From the IMG/VR virus record IMGVR_UViG_3300028840_008185, positions 186,001 to 250,000 of that record: a stretch of 64,000 nt of DNA; one strand, written 5' to 3'. Within the stretch, counting starts at the first letter, position 1; each line of letters starts with the position of its first letter. The notes below the pieces were generated by a model, which saw only the letters and a list, made by a program, of their open reading frames with translations, had not been told where the DNA came from and ran no database searches. This document shows, piece after piece, positions 23,547 through 33,299 of this stretch. The translations under genes were made by a program, and so were the position numbers.

Positions 23547-23975
23547 TTACTCCTCGTCGTCTTTTTTAACACCAACTCCTGGCCAGCGCTTTTTCCATTC
23601 TTCCATCGCCTTACTTACCCTTTCGTTTTTGTTTCCAGCTTTGGGAAATGGACCAAGTGCTTCTTCGCTGCCCTCTACGTTGTGGTGATACAAACCATCT
23701 TCCTTGACCGTAGGATGTTTCTCGGGCGTAGGCAACTGCTCTTTGTCGTGCGTCAACACAACTGGCTCGCCAGTAACCCTTATCTCCACCGGAATTGGTT
23801 GTCCCATGAACTCAATTTTGGGTAAATCATCTACTTCTCTGGTCATACACAACACTAACCTTGGCGGATCTTCTTCGAACTTGAGTTCGTTAAGTTCTGC
23901 AATCTTCGATGTCAGATCCCAGGCATGCAGTTGTAAATAATCCAAAATTAGTTTCTTCACGTCTTGATTTTCCAT
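23547..23975 (-). CDS. hypothetical protein (142 aa)
   Basis: AAGGAG SD. Confidence 0.8.
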   Translation of the reverse strand: MENQDVKKLILDYLQLHAWDLTSKIAELNELKFEEDPPRLVLCMTREVDDLPKIEFMGQPIPVEIRVTGEPVVLTHDKEQLPTPEKHPTVKEDGLYHHNVEGSEEALGPFPKAGNKNERVSKAMEEWKKRWPGVGVKKDDEE

Positions 23976-23981
23976 ATCATT

Positions 23982-25106
23982 TCACTCCTTTAAAATTGTT
24001 CTTGCAGCAATGAGGCCAGAGGCCATGGCTCCAATAAGATTGCTTACCCTGGAAGTGCATTCACCGGCACCATACAAGCCGGGAACACTGCCAATTTTCA
24101 TTGAAGGATCTACAGGCATCACACCTCTAAATCTTACCTCGGGCACATACATCGTTGCATAGCTTATAAATGAGGGGATTATATCTTCAATCGCCTCGAA
24201 TGCTTCTCCTAAGTTTTTGAAAGCATCTATGTGTTCCAGAACGGATTTACCTTCCATGTAGTCTTCAACCCGCTCCTTTTTTATTTTATCGTTAGTGAGC
24301 ACATTAACTATCTGCACATCTCTTATGGCGTCCTGGGAGCTTGACTCAGTGCTCACCATAAAATTGGTTCTGGAGGATTTCTTGCCGGGCATGCAGTGCC
24401 CAAATGCTGACAACACTTTGGCTTCATCCCACTCACCGACAAACGAATCAACTCTGGAATCGTCGCACTCTGCGCTCTCGCAGGAAACTTTCACATCACC
24501 AAGCTCAACTAGCACATCATTTATCCTGAATGTTGGAACCTCAACTCGAACACCAATCTTAATGGTCTCTTCCTCAGGCTCGACGTTGAAAGAAGCACAA
24601 ACATCTTTGGTCCATTCAATAGAGTTTTTGCCCGTGGAAATCAAACATTTGTTAGATCTAAAGATGCCCTTGTTGGTATGCACTTCGAAGTCTTTATCTC
24701 TGTCTATTGCTATAACCTCAGTGTTGAACATGCTCTCGGTTCGTTTGCCCACTTTCATGCGATAATAAGACGCGAGTTTTAGACCAAAGCGATCCGGAAA
24801 ACGACAATATTTACCAGTCTTTTCCCCTTTCAGCTTGAGCGTTTCAATCTTGTGATCTGCGACTCTCCTTATCAGGGCTATTATTTCCCTGACCACCTTG
24901 GCATTCCCTAGCACCGGGTCTTCCAATTCCAGACGATCAACAAGAAACAAGCCTCTTCCAAAAAAACCAGAGGTTAGGCTCCTCCTCTTCTTGAGATCTT
25001 TCCCCTGCTCTATCAGAAGAACGGACATTCCCTTTTCCGAGGCTTTCTTGGCTGCTACTACTCCAGCGGGACCAGCTCCCACTATTATTAGATCATATAT
25101 TTTCAT
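23982..25106 (-). CDS. FAD/NAD(P)-dependent oxidoreductase
   Basis: IIVGAGPAG dinucleotide-binding motif; C-terminal GLYGAGE; IGVRVE. Confidence 0.88.
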   Translation of the reverse strand: MKIYDLIIVGAGPAGVVAAKKASEKGMSVLLIEQGKDLKKRRSLTSGFFGRGLFLVDRLELEDPVLGNAKVVREIIALIRRVADHKIETLKLKGEKTGKYCRFPDRFGLKLASYYRMKVGKRTESMFNTEVIAIDRDKDFEVHTNKGIFRSNKCLISTGKNSIEWTKDVCASFNVEPEEETIKIGVRVEVPTFRINDVLVELGDVKVSCESAECDDSRVDSFVGEWDEAKVLSAFGHCMPGKKSSRTNFMVSTESSSQDAIRDVQIVNVLTNDKIKKERVEDYMEGKSVLEHIDAFKNLGEAFEAIEDIIPSFISYATMYVPEVRFRGVMPVDPSMKIGSVPGLYGAGECTSRVSNLIGAMASGLIAARTILKE

Positions 25107-25750
25107 TTAACTAGTTCATATACATCTCGATAGGCAGGATTCTCGTCTTTTAGACACTCATCCGTGTCTATATACTTCTGGAGAGTCCGCCTTACGGATT
25201 TCTTAAATGGCCACATAAAGTAATAGCCTGGGCCCGTGAAAGCTTCAACTCGGCTGTCCAAATAATCTTCTCTTACCGAACCGTGCCGCCACTTCCTAAC
25301 TTTACAACTCATACCATATCCTCTAAGCTCCGCCCATCCTCTTCCGGGGGATGGAATTGGCGCAAGAAAGACTAGAGCAAAGAGAAACAAAAGGAACCAT
25401 AGGTTTATAAACGCTAAAAAAGCCCCAAGCGATAGGAGCGCGAGGAGCTGCGGCAAAAGATAGATGGTTGGAAAGACTACCGGCGCATTATGGGAATCCC
25501 AAGCATGCACATACTCATGGGCGAGGGTATAAAAATACCTACCGGGATTCGCCTCTACGTCTTTTCTCTTCGGAAAATAAACTGTGGTTCCGATAGTGGT
25601 CGTGTATCGAGTCATGAAAGCCTTGTTGAAGAACAAAACCTTGCCAAGCCTCTTCATAAAAGAGCTTTCATCCTTATACTCAATCTTAAAATCGGGCATA
25701 CGTTCTTTCATTTTAGCCGCGAGCTTGAAATATCTCTCTCGATCATCCAT
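25103..25750 (-). CDS. HExxH metallopeptidase-like protein with internal transmembrane hairpin
   Basis: AHEYVH (25505-25519), hydrophobic stretch, downstream ELRGY. Confidence 0.7.
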   Translation of the reverse strand: MDDRERYFKLAAKMKERMPDFKIEYKDESSFMKRLGKVLFFNKAFMTRYTTTIGTTVYFPKRKDVEANPGRYFYTLAHEYVHAWDSHNAPVVFPTIYLLPQLLALLSLGAFLAFINLWFLLFLFALVFLAPIPSPGRGWAELRGYGMSCKVRKWRHGSVREDYLDSRVEAFTGPGYYFMWPFKKSVRRTLQKYIDTDECLKDENPAYRDVYELVK

Positions 25751-25952
25751 CCGTATCCTCCATGGCCTCAAGTGCTGTGGCCAACCAGACTGCTATTTGT
25801 TCCGTGATTTCCTTGCTCAAAAGAACTGTCGTGGAAGTGTGCTTCCCCTTGTCCCCAATGTGAATAGCTTGGATCTCTACTCTGGGCAACCCGCTCTCCA
25901 AATCCAATCTGATACTGCCCAAGCCTCCTAAATCAATTACCAATGGTTCCAT
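25743..25952 (-). CDS. hypothetical protein (69 aa)
   Basis: GAGGAG SD. Confidence 0.7.
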   Translation of the reverse strand: MEPLVIDLGGLGSIRLDLESGLPRVEIQAIHIGDKGKHTSTTVLLSKEITEQIAVWLATALEAMEDTDG

Positions 25953-25959
25953 GTTCTCC

Positions 25960-26253
25960 TCAAAAATTAACTACCCTCAAGCATTCTACAAAGGGCTCTA
26001 TTTGCCAGAAATCAAGCACACCCCTTACCTCGTGTAAGCTAAAAACAGCATTGTCTTTCTCAAGTTGCTGGATATTGGTTATTTCAAAACAATTGCCGTA
26101 GCGATTAACCCACTCGACAATATCACTAGTGGCGGGCACATGGTCGTCGTCAAACGGTGGGAGACACACATCTCTCACACTAATTTTGTCTCCAATCTTG
26201 TATCCCTGAAAACAATCTATAAACTCTTGAAGCACCCTAACCTCCTCATACAT
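25960..26253 (-). CDS. hypothetical protein (97 aa)
   Basis: ORF packing. Confidence 0.7.
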   Translation of the reverse strand: MYEEVRVLQEFIDCFQGYKIGDKISVRDVCLPPFDDDHVPATSDIVEWVNRYGNCFEITNIQQLEKDNAVFSLHEVRGVLDFWQIEPFVECLRVVNF

Positions 26254-26290
26254 ATAGTAATTACTGCCGACTAGATAATATCGACATCAC

Positions 26291-27133
26291 TTAGCCACTT
26301 ATTTTATCAATAAACTCCTTGAGTTCCAAGCCCTCGAACCCCGATTCTTCAGCAGCTTTCTTTAGTCCGCCGACAGAATTTAGAAAGGTTCTAATTACTT
26401 GCATCTCTTTTGTCGTGAAAGTGCAAGAACCCAGCCTGTAATCCTGGAACGCCTCACAAGCCACTGGAACCACAGGCTTAATTAACTCAAAGATGGCCTC
26501 GGCATATTGTCTCATTTCCCACTGCGCATGCGGATGAAGCCTAAGCCCTAGAAAATGAAAGAGATTGTGGAGATCCATTTTCCAATACCACTGAGTATAC
26601 GAAGAAAGCGGAAGATTGATTCGTGCCATCTCTTTAGCTGTCCCCTGCGCCAGCATACTATCGTAGTCGGTGAAGGCCGCGTTCTGGCCAGCTTCAATAA
26701 TGCCGATTACTTCTTCCTCGTTACTAAGTTTGCCTGTGCTTCCCTGCTTGTTGAACTTGTCCTGAACCCTAATGTGATTAGGTAGATAGGCTCCGTTGTT
26801 CAACTTAGAATACCTACCACTCTGCTCGTTGAGACTGGCTGTTCTATGGCGAACCCACTGTCTGGCCACAAAGATCGGCATTTTGCAATGGAACTTGAAC
26901 TCCACCATCTCGAATGGAGATGTATGCCTGTGTCGCATCAAATACCTGAGAAGTTCTCTATCCTTCTCTGCGCCCTTGGATCCCTTATTGAAACTCACGC
27001 GGGCTGCCTGGACGATAGAGGTGTCGTTACCAAAGAAATCTACAAGTCTTACAAAACCTTGATCCAGTACCTCGATACTCCTACCGCAGTACTCCCGCTT
27101 CATCTTAGCTTCTTCCATATAAATATCTTCCAT
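26291..27133 (-). CDS. thyX: flavin-dependent thymidylate synthase
   Basis: HTSPFEM...FVARQWVRHRTASLNEQSGRY ThyX signature. Confidence 0.97.
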   Translation of the reverse strand: MEDIYMEEAKMKREYCGRSIEVLDQGFVRLVDFFGNDTSIVQAARVSFNKGSKGAEKDRELLRYLMRHRHTSPFEMVEFKFHCKMPIFVARQWVRHRTASLNEQSGRYSKLNNGAYLPNHIRVQDKFNKQGSTGKLSNEEEVIGIIEAGQNAAFTDYDSMLAQGTAKEMARINLPLSSYTQWYWKMDLHNLFHFLGLRLHPHAQWEMRQYAEAIFELIKPVVPVACEAFQDYRLGSCTFTTKEMQVIRTFLNSVGGLKKAAEESGFEGLELKEFIDKISG

Positions 27134-28141
27134 TTATCTTCTCTCTTTCTCGTTGAGTGCGCCCTCCAGCGCCTTGTGGGTATTCCTACCCCAAACGCCA
27201 TCTGCTTTCAATCCGTAGTCCGCTTGAAATTGCTTCAAAGCCCTCTCAGTTTTGGGGCCAAATTTACCATCCAGCGAACCACATTCGTATTCCAACTTCA
27301 GCAGCGTCCATTGGCGCCTTTCCCAATCGTTAAACTCCCTAAAACATCTTGGGTAATTGGGCATTTTAATCTCTACCCCATTTAAAAACCTGTAGTGATC
27401 AAAGGATATTGGATCAATTTTCCCCTTGTTCGAGTTATAATGACAAATAATCCCTTTGTAGGCTTTTGGTTTAGCCAAAACTGACTGAGCTATTAAACCA
27501 TTTTTAGCACGCGGGAAATCGAGTTTGATGTTGGGGAACACCTCTACTAATGCAATACCCAATCTAATAAGTGTCGCATATTGGGCGTCATTATACTCAA
27601 ATCCATTAATCCACATTCCTTGAACCTTATCTCTCCTGATCTCTCTTGGCCCAACTTTATATTTCTTTTGATGTGCCTTGTCATAGGCGTCTGGGCGCTT
27701 TCCAGCGTGAGCCCTAGAGTCTATCTCTATCCCTACCGACATTGGATTGTTCCCTCCGCCGTGCCATGCCTTCTCTTTTAGGTCTAGCGTTTGGTAGAGC
27801 ACCCCGTTGTCATCCAGGATAAAATGAACAGATAGGCGGCGCTGGTTGTGGAGGACATTGAAAGTATCTCTGGCATGATATAGACCAGAGTGATGTAGAA
27901 AGAACTGCGTGATTTTCTTCTGCAACTGAGGCAGTTTCTTAATTGTAAGCAGTTTGTTTCTTTTGCTGTATCTCTTACCCTTTACAACTATCCTCTGGGT
28001 TTTGCCCGTCTTCCTGTCCTCATACTCGGTCACATGCTCCGAAGTGTCATAGCCATTAAGCCCATTGATTTCATCCCACAACACCACTCTTGTCCCGATG
28101 TCGAATTTTTGTCCGCACGCAACGATACTGGTATTAGCCAT
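27134..28141 (-). CDS. N-acetylmuramoyl-L-alanine amidase (Amidase_2) with C-terminal peptidoglycan-binding domain; probable endolysin
   Basis: FFLHHSG, SVHF, AWHGG, SVGIEI, ICHY, KIDP; C-terminal DGKFGPKTERALKQFQ...ADGVWG. Confidence 0.92.
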   Translation of the reverse strand: MANTSIVACGQKFDIGTRVVLWDEINGLNGYDTSEHVTEYEDRKTGKTQRIVVKGKRYSKRNKLLTIKKLPQLQKKITQFFLHHSGLYHARDTFNVLHNQRRLSVHFILDDNGVLYQTLDLKEKAWHGGGNNPMSVGIEIDSRAHAGKRPDAYDKAHQKKYKVGPREIRRDKVQGMWINGFEYNDAQYATLIRLGIALVEVFPNIKLDFPRAKNGLIAQSVLAKPKAYKGIICHYNSNKGKIDPISFDHYRFLNGVEIKMPNYPRCFREFNDWERRQWTLLKLEYECGSLDGKFGPKTERALKQFQADYGLKADGVWGRNTHKALEGALNEKERR

Positions 28142-28805
28142 CTTTCTCTCCTGTTACGCCACTTATCCACAGCTTTTTAGACAGATGCTTGGTAATCTCT
28201 TCATGGATTTCTTCGATGGTCTTAGGCGGAGCGGCATTAACTATCTGGAATCGGTGCTCCTCTTGGATGCTCTCAGCCAGTTTTAGAAAGCCGTGTCGCA
28301 CGTCTTCATGAAACTTAACCTCCGCCTGTTCTATTCTATCACCTGCGCCATTGCTCTTGGCCTTGGCTCTTTCTAATCCAACATCTACAGGAATATCAAG
28401 AATGAAGGTAAGATCGGGGACCAGGTTGCTTGTGGCAAAATCAATAAGAACATCAATCTTGCACCTGCTTAGCCCTCTAGCGCACTGATATACTCTTGTA
28501 GAATCAGCATACCTGTCGCATATAACATGGTTTCCTTTCTCCAACTCTGGCCTGATGAGCCGCTCAACGTGCTGAGCCCTATCAGCCAGAAAAAGAAAAA
28601 GTTCGGACAGGGGAACAATGTCATTCTCCGCATCCAACAATAGATTTCTTATCTTAACACACTCTCTTATGAACGAACTACCTGGTTCCTTTGTGCGAAT
28701 ATACGAAATCTTTCTATTCTTCATCCACTCACAAAGCTTATCAGCCTGGGTGGTCTTCCCACAACCTTCCCCGCCCTCAAGTGTAATGAATAGACCCTTA
28801 CTCAT
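28134..28805 (-). CDS. tmk: thymidylate kinase
   Basis: FITLEGGEGCGKTTQ, TKEPG, FLADRAQH, ICDRYADS. Confidence 0.97.
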   Translation of the reverse strand: MSKGLFITLEGGEGCGKTTQADKLCEWMKNRKISYIRTKEPGSSFIRECVKIRNLLLDAENDIVPLSELFLFLADRAQHVERLIRPELEKGNHVICDRYADSTRVYQCARGLSRCKIDVLIDFATSNLVPDLTFILDIPVDVGLERAKAKSNGAGDRIEQAEVKFHEDVRHGFLKLAESIQEEHRFQIVNAAPPKTIEEIHEEITKHLSKKLWISGVTGEKDG

Positions 28806-29553
28806 ACTTACTCCTATCTGTTAATACCAATGGGCCACTCTCAGTGACCAAAACCGTGTGCTCGCAGTGTGCTGACTTGCCGCTTACAGCCACGGACCAC
28901 TCATCATCAGCAACCGAAGTCGCTGGCTCTCCTATAGCATACATGGGCTCCAGCGCTATTACCATGCCAGGCCTCAGTGAGAAATCGCCGTGTTGATCTG
29001 GCTTATTTGGGACAAACGGCGTTGCGTGCATGCTATTCCTATCTATCCCGTGGCCGCCGTAGTCAGTTATGACCTTGAAATCTTTGCTGCCTTTGTGTAT
29101 AACTTCACTTATGTCGTTTAACTTGTTTCCGGGCACCGCTTTTTCTATAGCACTCTTCAAAGCTTTGCGGCAGTCGCTAATGAGAAGCTCGACATTTGGA
29201 TCTCCTTTCCCGCCAACTATTATAGTCTCAGCCGTATCTCCAATGAAACCATTAAGGGTTACGCCGAGATCTATCCCTAATGCGTCACCCTCTTTGAGTT
29301 TCTCGTCGTTGGGGCAACCATGGACTATAACTTCGTTGTTGGAAGCACAAATGGCTGCCGGAAAACCCTCGTGGCCAAGAAAAGTTGGCTCGACACCATG
29401 CTCTTTGCACTTTTCTCTAGCCATTGCATCAAGTTCCAGCGTGGTCATGCCTGGTTTGGCAGCTTGTAGTAGCTCGTGCAAAATAAGACCAGCGATTTCA
29501 CCAGCCTTTTTAAAACCCTCAATTTCTTCTTCCGTCTTTAAATACACTATCAT
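28798..29553 (-). CDS. map: methionine aminopeptidase type I
   Basis: VHGCP, IDLG...GFIGDTAET, GHGI, ALEPM, HCEHTV. Confidence 0.96.
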   Translation of the reverse strand: MIVYLKTEEEIEGFKKAGEIAGLILHELLQAAKPGMTTLELDAMAREKCKEHGVEPTFLGHEGFPAAICASNNEVIVHGCPNDEKLKEGDALGIDLGVTLNGFIGDTAETIIVGGKGDPNVELLISDCRKALKSAIEKAVPGNKLNDISEVIHKGSKDFKVITDYGGHGIDRNSMHATPFVPNKPDQHGDFSLRPGMVIALEPMYAIGEPATSVADDEWSVAVSGKSAHCEHTVLVTESGPLVLTDRSKYE

Positions 29554-29834
29554 TAATACACCTTAAAACCTTCAACTGTGTCAACTTCAATTACCCACAA
29601 ATCAAAAATACTTCCGTCTCCCAGAAACACGTCATTTTTGTTTTCGCGCATTTCCAACTCGTACATAAGTGAGTCTCCCCAGGGAAGCTCTCTTATAGAT
29701 TCTATCCAGCCGTTTTCTAAAAGTTTGCGCTCTTTTTTTCCTAGTAGGACTATTCTTGGCTTTTTGCCTTGTTTTTCCAGATCGAATTTTTCCGTTAGAA
29801 TTTCCTTCATTAGAAGGTCGGCTTCGCTCATCAT
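29553..29834 (-). CDS. hypothetical protein
   Basis: Start just after upstream stop; upstream starts also possible. Confidence 0.7.
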   Translation of the reverse strand: MMSEADLLMKEILTEKFDLEKQGKKPRIVLLGKKERKLLENGWIESIRELPWGDSLMYELEMRENKNDVFLGDGSIFDLWVIEVDTVEGFKVY

Positions 29835-29835
29835 T

Positions 29836-30108
29836 TTACTGTTCTCCTTCATCAAATTTCCCAGCACTTAAGTCTTCCAATGTTTTGTCAAATTCTTCAT
29901 CCTCAAAAGATAAACTCCTTGGTTTTACTTTCCCCCAGGGAGTTTCGTTTGAGATTAATCTCGACCAGACTTCTTTATCCACCGCCGCGAGCGTGGCATG
30001 TGCGCCTCTAACATGAACACTATCAATGTTGGTCACATTAGAATAAAACACCAAATACTGTCTCGCGAGCAATAGTTCTGTAAGCGTAAGTTTTCCTAAA
30101 TCTTTCAT
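29836..30108 (-). CDS. hypothetical protein (90 aa)
   Basis: TAATG overlap. Confidence 0.75.
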   Translation of the reverse strand: MKDLGKLTLTELLLARQYLVFYSNVTNIDSVHVRGAHATLAAVDKEVWSRLISNETPWGKVKPRSLSFEDEEFDKTLEDLSAGKFDEGEQ

Positions 30109-30947
30109 TAATTTCCTCCATCTATATCTCTTACATCATTGGACGGCAGGAGCCCGGTCGCCTCATTCAGGAAAAGAATTTGCGCGTTTCCTGCAAGCGT
30201 GATCTCCGTGACTCCACCGTTATTACTACTATCATTGGTGCAAACCAAAATTATCGACTTTTCTTCGTTGAACGCAACGGCAACAACCTGGGGCGCCGTG
30301 CCACCGATCACCTCGTTCGTAGCGCCGCTGCCAACGATGCCGTAGTCAATGGCCAGTCCGTAGCCGTCCAAGCCATCACTATATCCATCTACAGTTTGCG
30401 AATCGTATGTTTCTATTCTCGTCATGCCCAGGCTGGTTCCCACGAAAAGCCTAGCACCTCCACTGAGCCGCAGCGAAGCGGCATCAATTACCTCAAGACT
30501 GAGAATCTGTCCTGGGAAAAGAGCGGGGGTGGAGGTAGTGTTGTATATAAAATCAGGAGCCCTAGTGGTGTCTCCCCTGAAGTGAGCACCATAATATACT
30601 TCAACTCGGTTCAATGTCTCGTTTATTACATACAAGATCCCTTTATCACTTAGCCCCGGCTTGTTGCAGCTATAGCCATCCGCATACTGTTCAACACTCG
30701 CCGTGTCGTTCTTAATTACCACAGCACCATGCGAAGGGCCACCATAATCATCAAAGGAAGCTGCCAAGAAATCATCGGAGCCCACGGCATTGCCGGATAT
30801 ATGAGAGACACTATCGGACGGAATGGGCGGAACAGTAGTCGTATCCAGTATGGTCGAGACCACACTTTGACTCTCACCGACCAGATCGGCTAAATCTATC
30901 TTTTTAATTCCATATCCGTCTGAAAAATATAGTGCATTAACTGCCAT
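30108..30947 (-). CDS. probable virion structural beta-rich protein, 4 DGY
   Basis: Composition and context; propeller-like C-terminus. Confidence 0.7.
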   Translation of the reverse strand: MAVNALYFSDGYGIKKIDLADLVGESQSVVSTILDTTTVPPIPSDSVSHISGNAVGSDDFLAASFDDYGGPSHGAVVIKNDTASVEQYADGYSCNKPGLSDKGILYVINETLNRVEVYYGAHFRGDTTRAPDFIYNTTSTPALFPGQILSLEVIDAASLRLSGGARLFVGTSLGMTRIETYDSQTVDGYSDGLDGYGLAIDYGIVGSGATNEVIGGTAPQVVAVAFNEEKSIILVCTNDSSNNGGVTEITLAGNAQILFLNEATGLLPSNDVRDIDGGN

Positions 30948-30961
30948 TTGGTTTGTGCTCC

Positions 30962-33283
30962 TTATCTGCGAATCTTTACTCTTCTTATCAGCATAGAATC
31001 AGAAGTGTCTGGGGTCACGGGTGCGCCAGGAGATCTTCCGATAGTAATTCTATCGACGGCTCTCGGCACCGTTTCAGCTGTCCCAGTGCTTCCAGCAACG
31101 TCATCAACAAAAATCGCGTAGTTGTTGTCTTGGTAGTCAAACCTTAGTTTGTGCTCATATCCGTCCACTATATCAGCAGTTCCCGCCACCGGAACAACCA
31201 ATGGATAAATTCTGTCGATTACCACTGCCTCTCCCTTATCACCGACGGGATCCACATATACCTGAATTCTTTGAAACTTATCTTGACCATTACTTATGCC
31301 CATAATAGTTCTGTCGTAGGCCACCAAATCGTGCTCTGGAATCATACCGTAAGCCTCAATTACACCGTAGCCATCGTATATGTTGTCTGTCGCAAAATAT
31401 GACAAATTGTCAACTGCCTTGACAACTCCACTGATGCCATTTTCCGGAGTAAAGTTAGACGGGTAGCAAGTATCAGATTCAACTTGCGCCATCGCCACAT
31501 CAGTGGTATACATATTGGTTCCAGTATATAAAACCACTCCGTCTTGAGTAGCGGAATAGATTCTTATTTTGTCTGGAAACCAAGGAATCGTTTCCTCAAA
31601 AGGACCAGCCTTCCAAGAAAACCAGCATCTATACCAACCTTCCTTCCAGTCTTCGATTCCAGCTTCTTTCACATTAACAGCAGTTCCCTTTACACCACTC
31701 CCAACGTTGAAGTAGCAAGAGCGATAAATGCGATTAAGGCTGCTAAGCACCTCTAAGCGTATCCAGGCTCTATCTACAGCCTTGGCAAATACGGAAGCCA
31801 CATAGTATTCGGAATCTCTGGCATCAACAGCAATGTCGCTCTGGACGAAATGGATCCCATATGCAGAATTTTCTCTTAGCCTGTCAGCAGTCAGCATGTT
31901 GTCTGGAGCGTAAGTTGCGTTAGGAGAAACCGACATTCGTATGTTTGTCCAAGCATCAAAATTTTCTGGGTTGACAACTTGATTATAAAACCTTCTTTCA
32001 ACCAATAGCCCGTCTTCAGTTGCAACCCCGGAGCCGTTGTATCTGCGGCAGGTTCTAAACCAGTCTTCTCCTACACGGTAGTATTTCCTATATCCAGTTG
32101 ACTCCACTTTATCAAGATAAGCTACAGACGCCCTGGTGTGTAATTCTGGCGTGTAAGTTCCCGCAATTACTGGGTGTGTCTTGGTAATTTCCCTAAACCT
32201 TTGACCCTCGGTTGCAATTATCTCACCAGCGTTGGCGTCAGTGAACCAAGATGTTCTATTCCACAGGCAGACCAAAGCGACTTCAAAGCTGCCACCAGAA
32301 TTCCCAATCGCAAAGCGCTGGGAATTCGTCAAAGACCCAAGCCCAATGATCTCTGTTACTGTGCTGAACTTACCATCAACGAAAGCGTAAGCGTTCCCTC
32401 CCCTATCAACGTAGAAGGATATGTAATACCAAGTGTTTGGCTTCAACTCTCCAGTATAAATCGTGGTTGATCCAAGTGTTCCATACAAAGTAAGCGCTGC
32501 TGTTTGTGGAAAACTAGTGAATCTCAGTATCCAGCCGCCATCAGCATTTCCTTTGGACGCAATATTCCCAGGAGTTAGATAATCTGGAGTCTTAATCATG
32601 GCACTTAAAACAAAATCTTCAGATGTCATATCGCCGGTTACATTTCCCAAAGAATCCCAGAAATATATGCCGTTATTGAAAAGAACACTTTTGTCCGTAG
32701 TGCCAAGCAACGGGGTGTTCCTACCAGCCGTTACATCGGGGACGCTGCCAGCAGCTTCTAACGGCGCACCCCACCCCATATATGAATCCCATGTTGAGGT
32801 TGTTGCAACATCACCATTATAACAAAGTTCTGGGCTCTCATCCAAGGAATTTATTGTTAAGGTCATCTCGGCGTTAAAGATGTTGGTGTCCATATACTCA
32901 ACTAAAAATGTGATTTCGCCAGTTGAAAAAGTCCAACTATCATCCAGGGTATTTCCACCATAGTCATCAGCGACTACCCTAACTGTTATTTCTTCGTTTC
33001 CGTAAGGAACTGTCTTATCTACTACAATATGATACCCATCGTAACCGTCTACGATGGTAGGGGTAATCGCAGAAGAGGGGCCATTGAAGGGCGCTACGAA
33101 ACTGCCATTATATGCATCGGCTCCATCCACCCAAACTCTAAGAGTAGAGAGATCCACAAAGGTCTCGGCGTCCAGAACATCAACAGATATGAGCACACTT
33201 GTAGAAACTCTCGACGCTCCTGGCGCAGGGAACTCATTTCTTAAAAATGGCGGATTACCCGTATCAAAAAACCAGCTAGGCAT
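30962..33283 (-). CDS. probable virion fibre/spike protein: Ig-like, LamG/ConA-like and carbohydrate-binding-like domains
   Basis: N-terminal Ig-like repeat; W.....YVD......FVDG LamG pattern; NQVVNPENF...APDNMLTADRL. Confidence 0.75.
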   Translation of the reverse strand: MPSWFFDTGNPPFLRNEFPAPGASRVSTSVLISVDVLDAETFVDLSTLRVWVDGADAYNGSFVAPFNGPSSAITPTIVDGYDGYHIVVDKTVPYGNEEITVRVVADDYGGNTLDDSWTFSTGEITFLVEYMDTNIFNAEMTLTINSLDESPELCYNGDVATTSTWDSYMGWGAPLEAAGSVPDVTAGRNTPLLGTTDKSVLFNNGIYFWDSLGNVTGDMTSEDFVLSAMIKTPDYLTPGNIASKGNADGGWILRFTSFPQTAALTLYGTLGSTTIYTGELKPNTWYYISFYVDRGGNAYAFVDGKFSTVTEIIGLGSLTNSQRFAIGNSGGSFEVALVCLWNRTSWFTDANAGEIIATEGQRFREITKTHPVIAGTYTPELHTRASVAYLDKVESTGYRKYYRVGEDWFRTCRRYNGSGVATEDGLLVERRFYNQVVNPENFDAWTNIRMSVSPNATYAPDNMLTADRLRENSAYGIHFVQSDIAVDARDSEYYVASVFAKAVDRAWIRLEVLSSLNRIYRSCYFNVGSGVKGTAVNVKEAGIEDWKEGWYRCWFSWKAGPFEETIPWFPDKIRIYSATQDGVVLYTGTNMYTTDVAMAQVESDTCYPSNFTPENGISGVVKAVDNLSYFATDNIYDGYGVIEAYGMIPEHDLVAYDRTIMGISNGQDKFQRIQVYVDPVGDKGEAVVIDRIYPLVVPVAGTADIVDGYEHKLRFDYQDNNYAIFVDDVAGSTGTAETVPRAVDRITIGRSPGAPVTPDTSDSMLIRRVKIRR

Positions 33284-33299
33284 TTATAATTTTGCTCCG

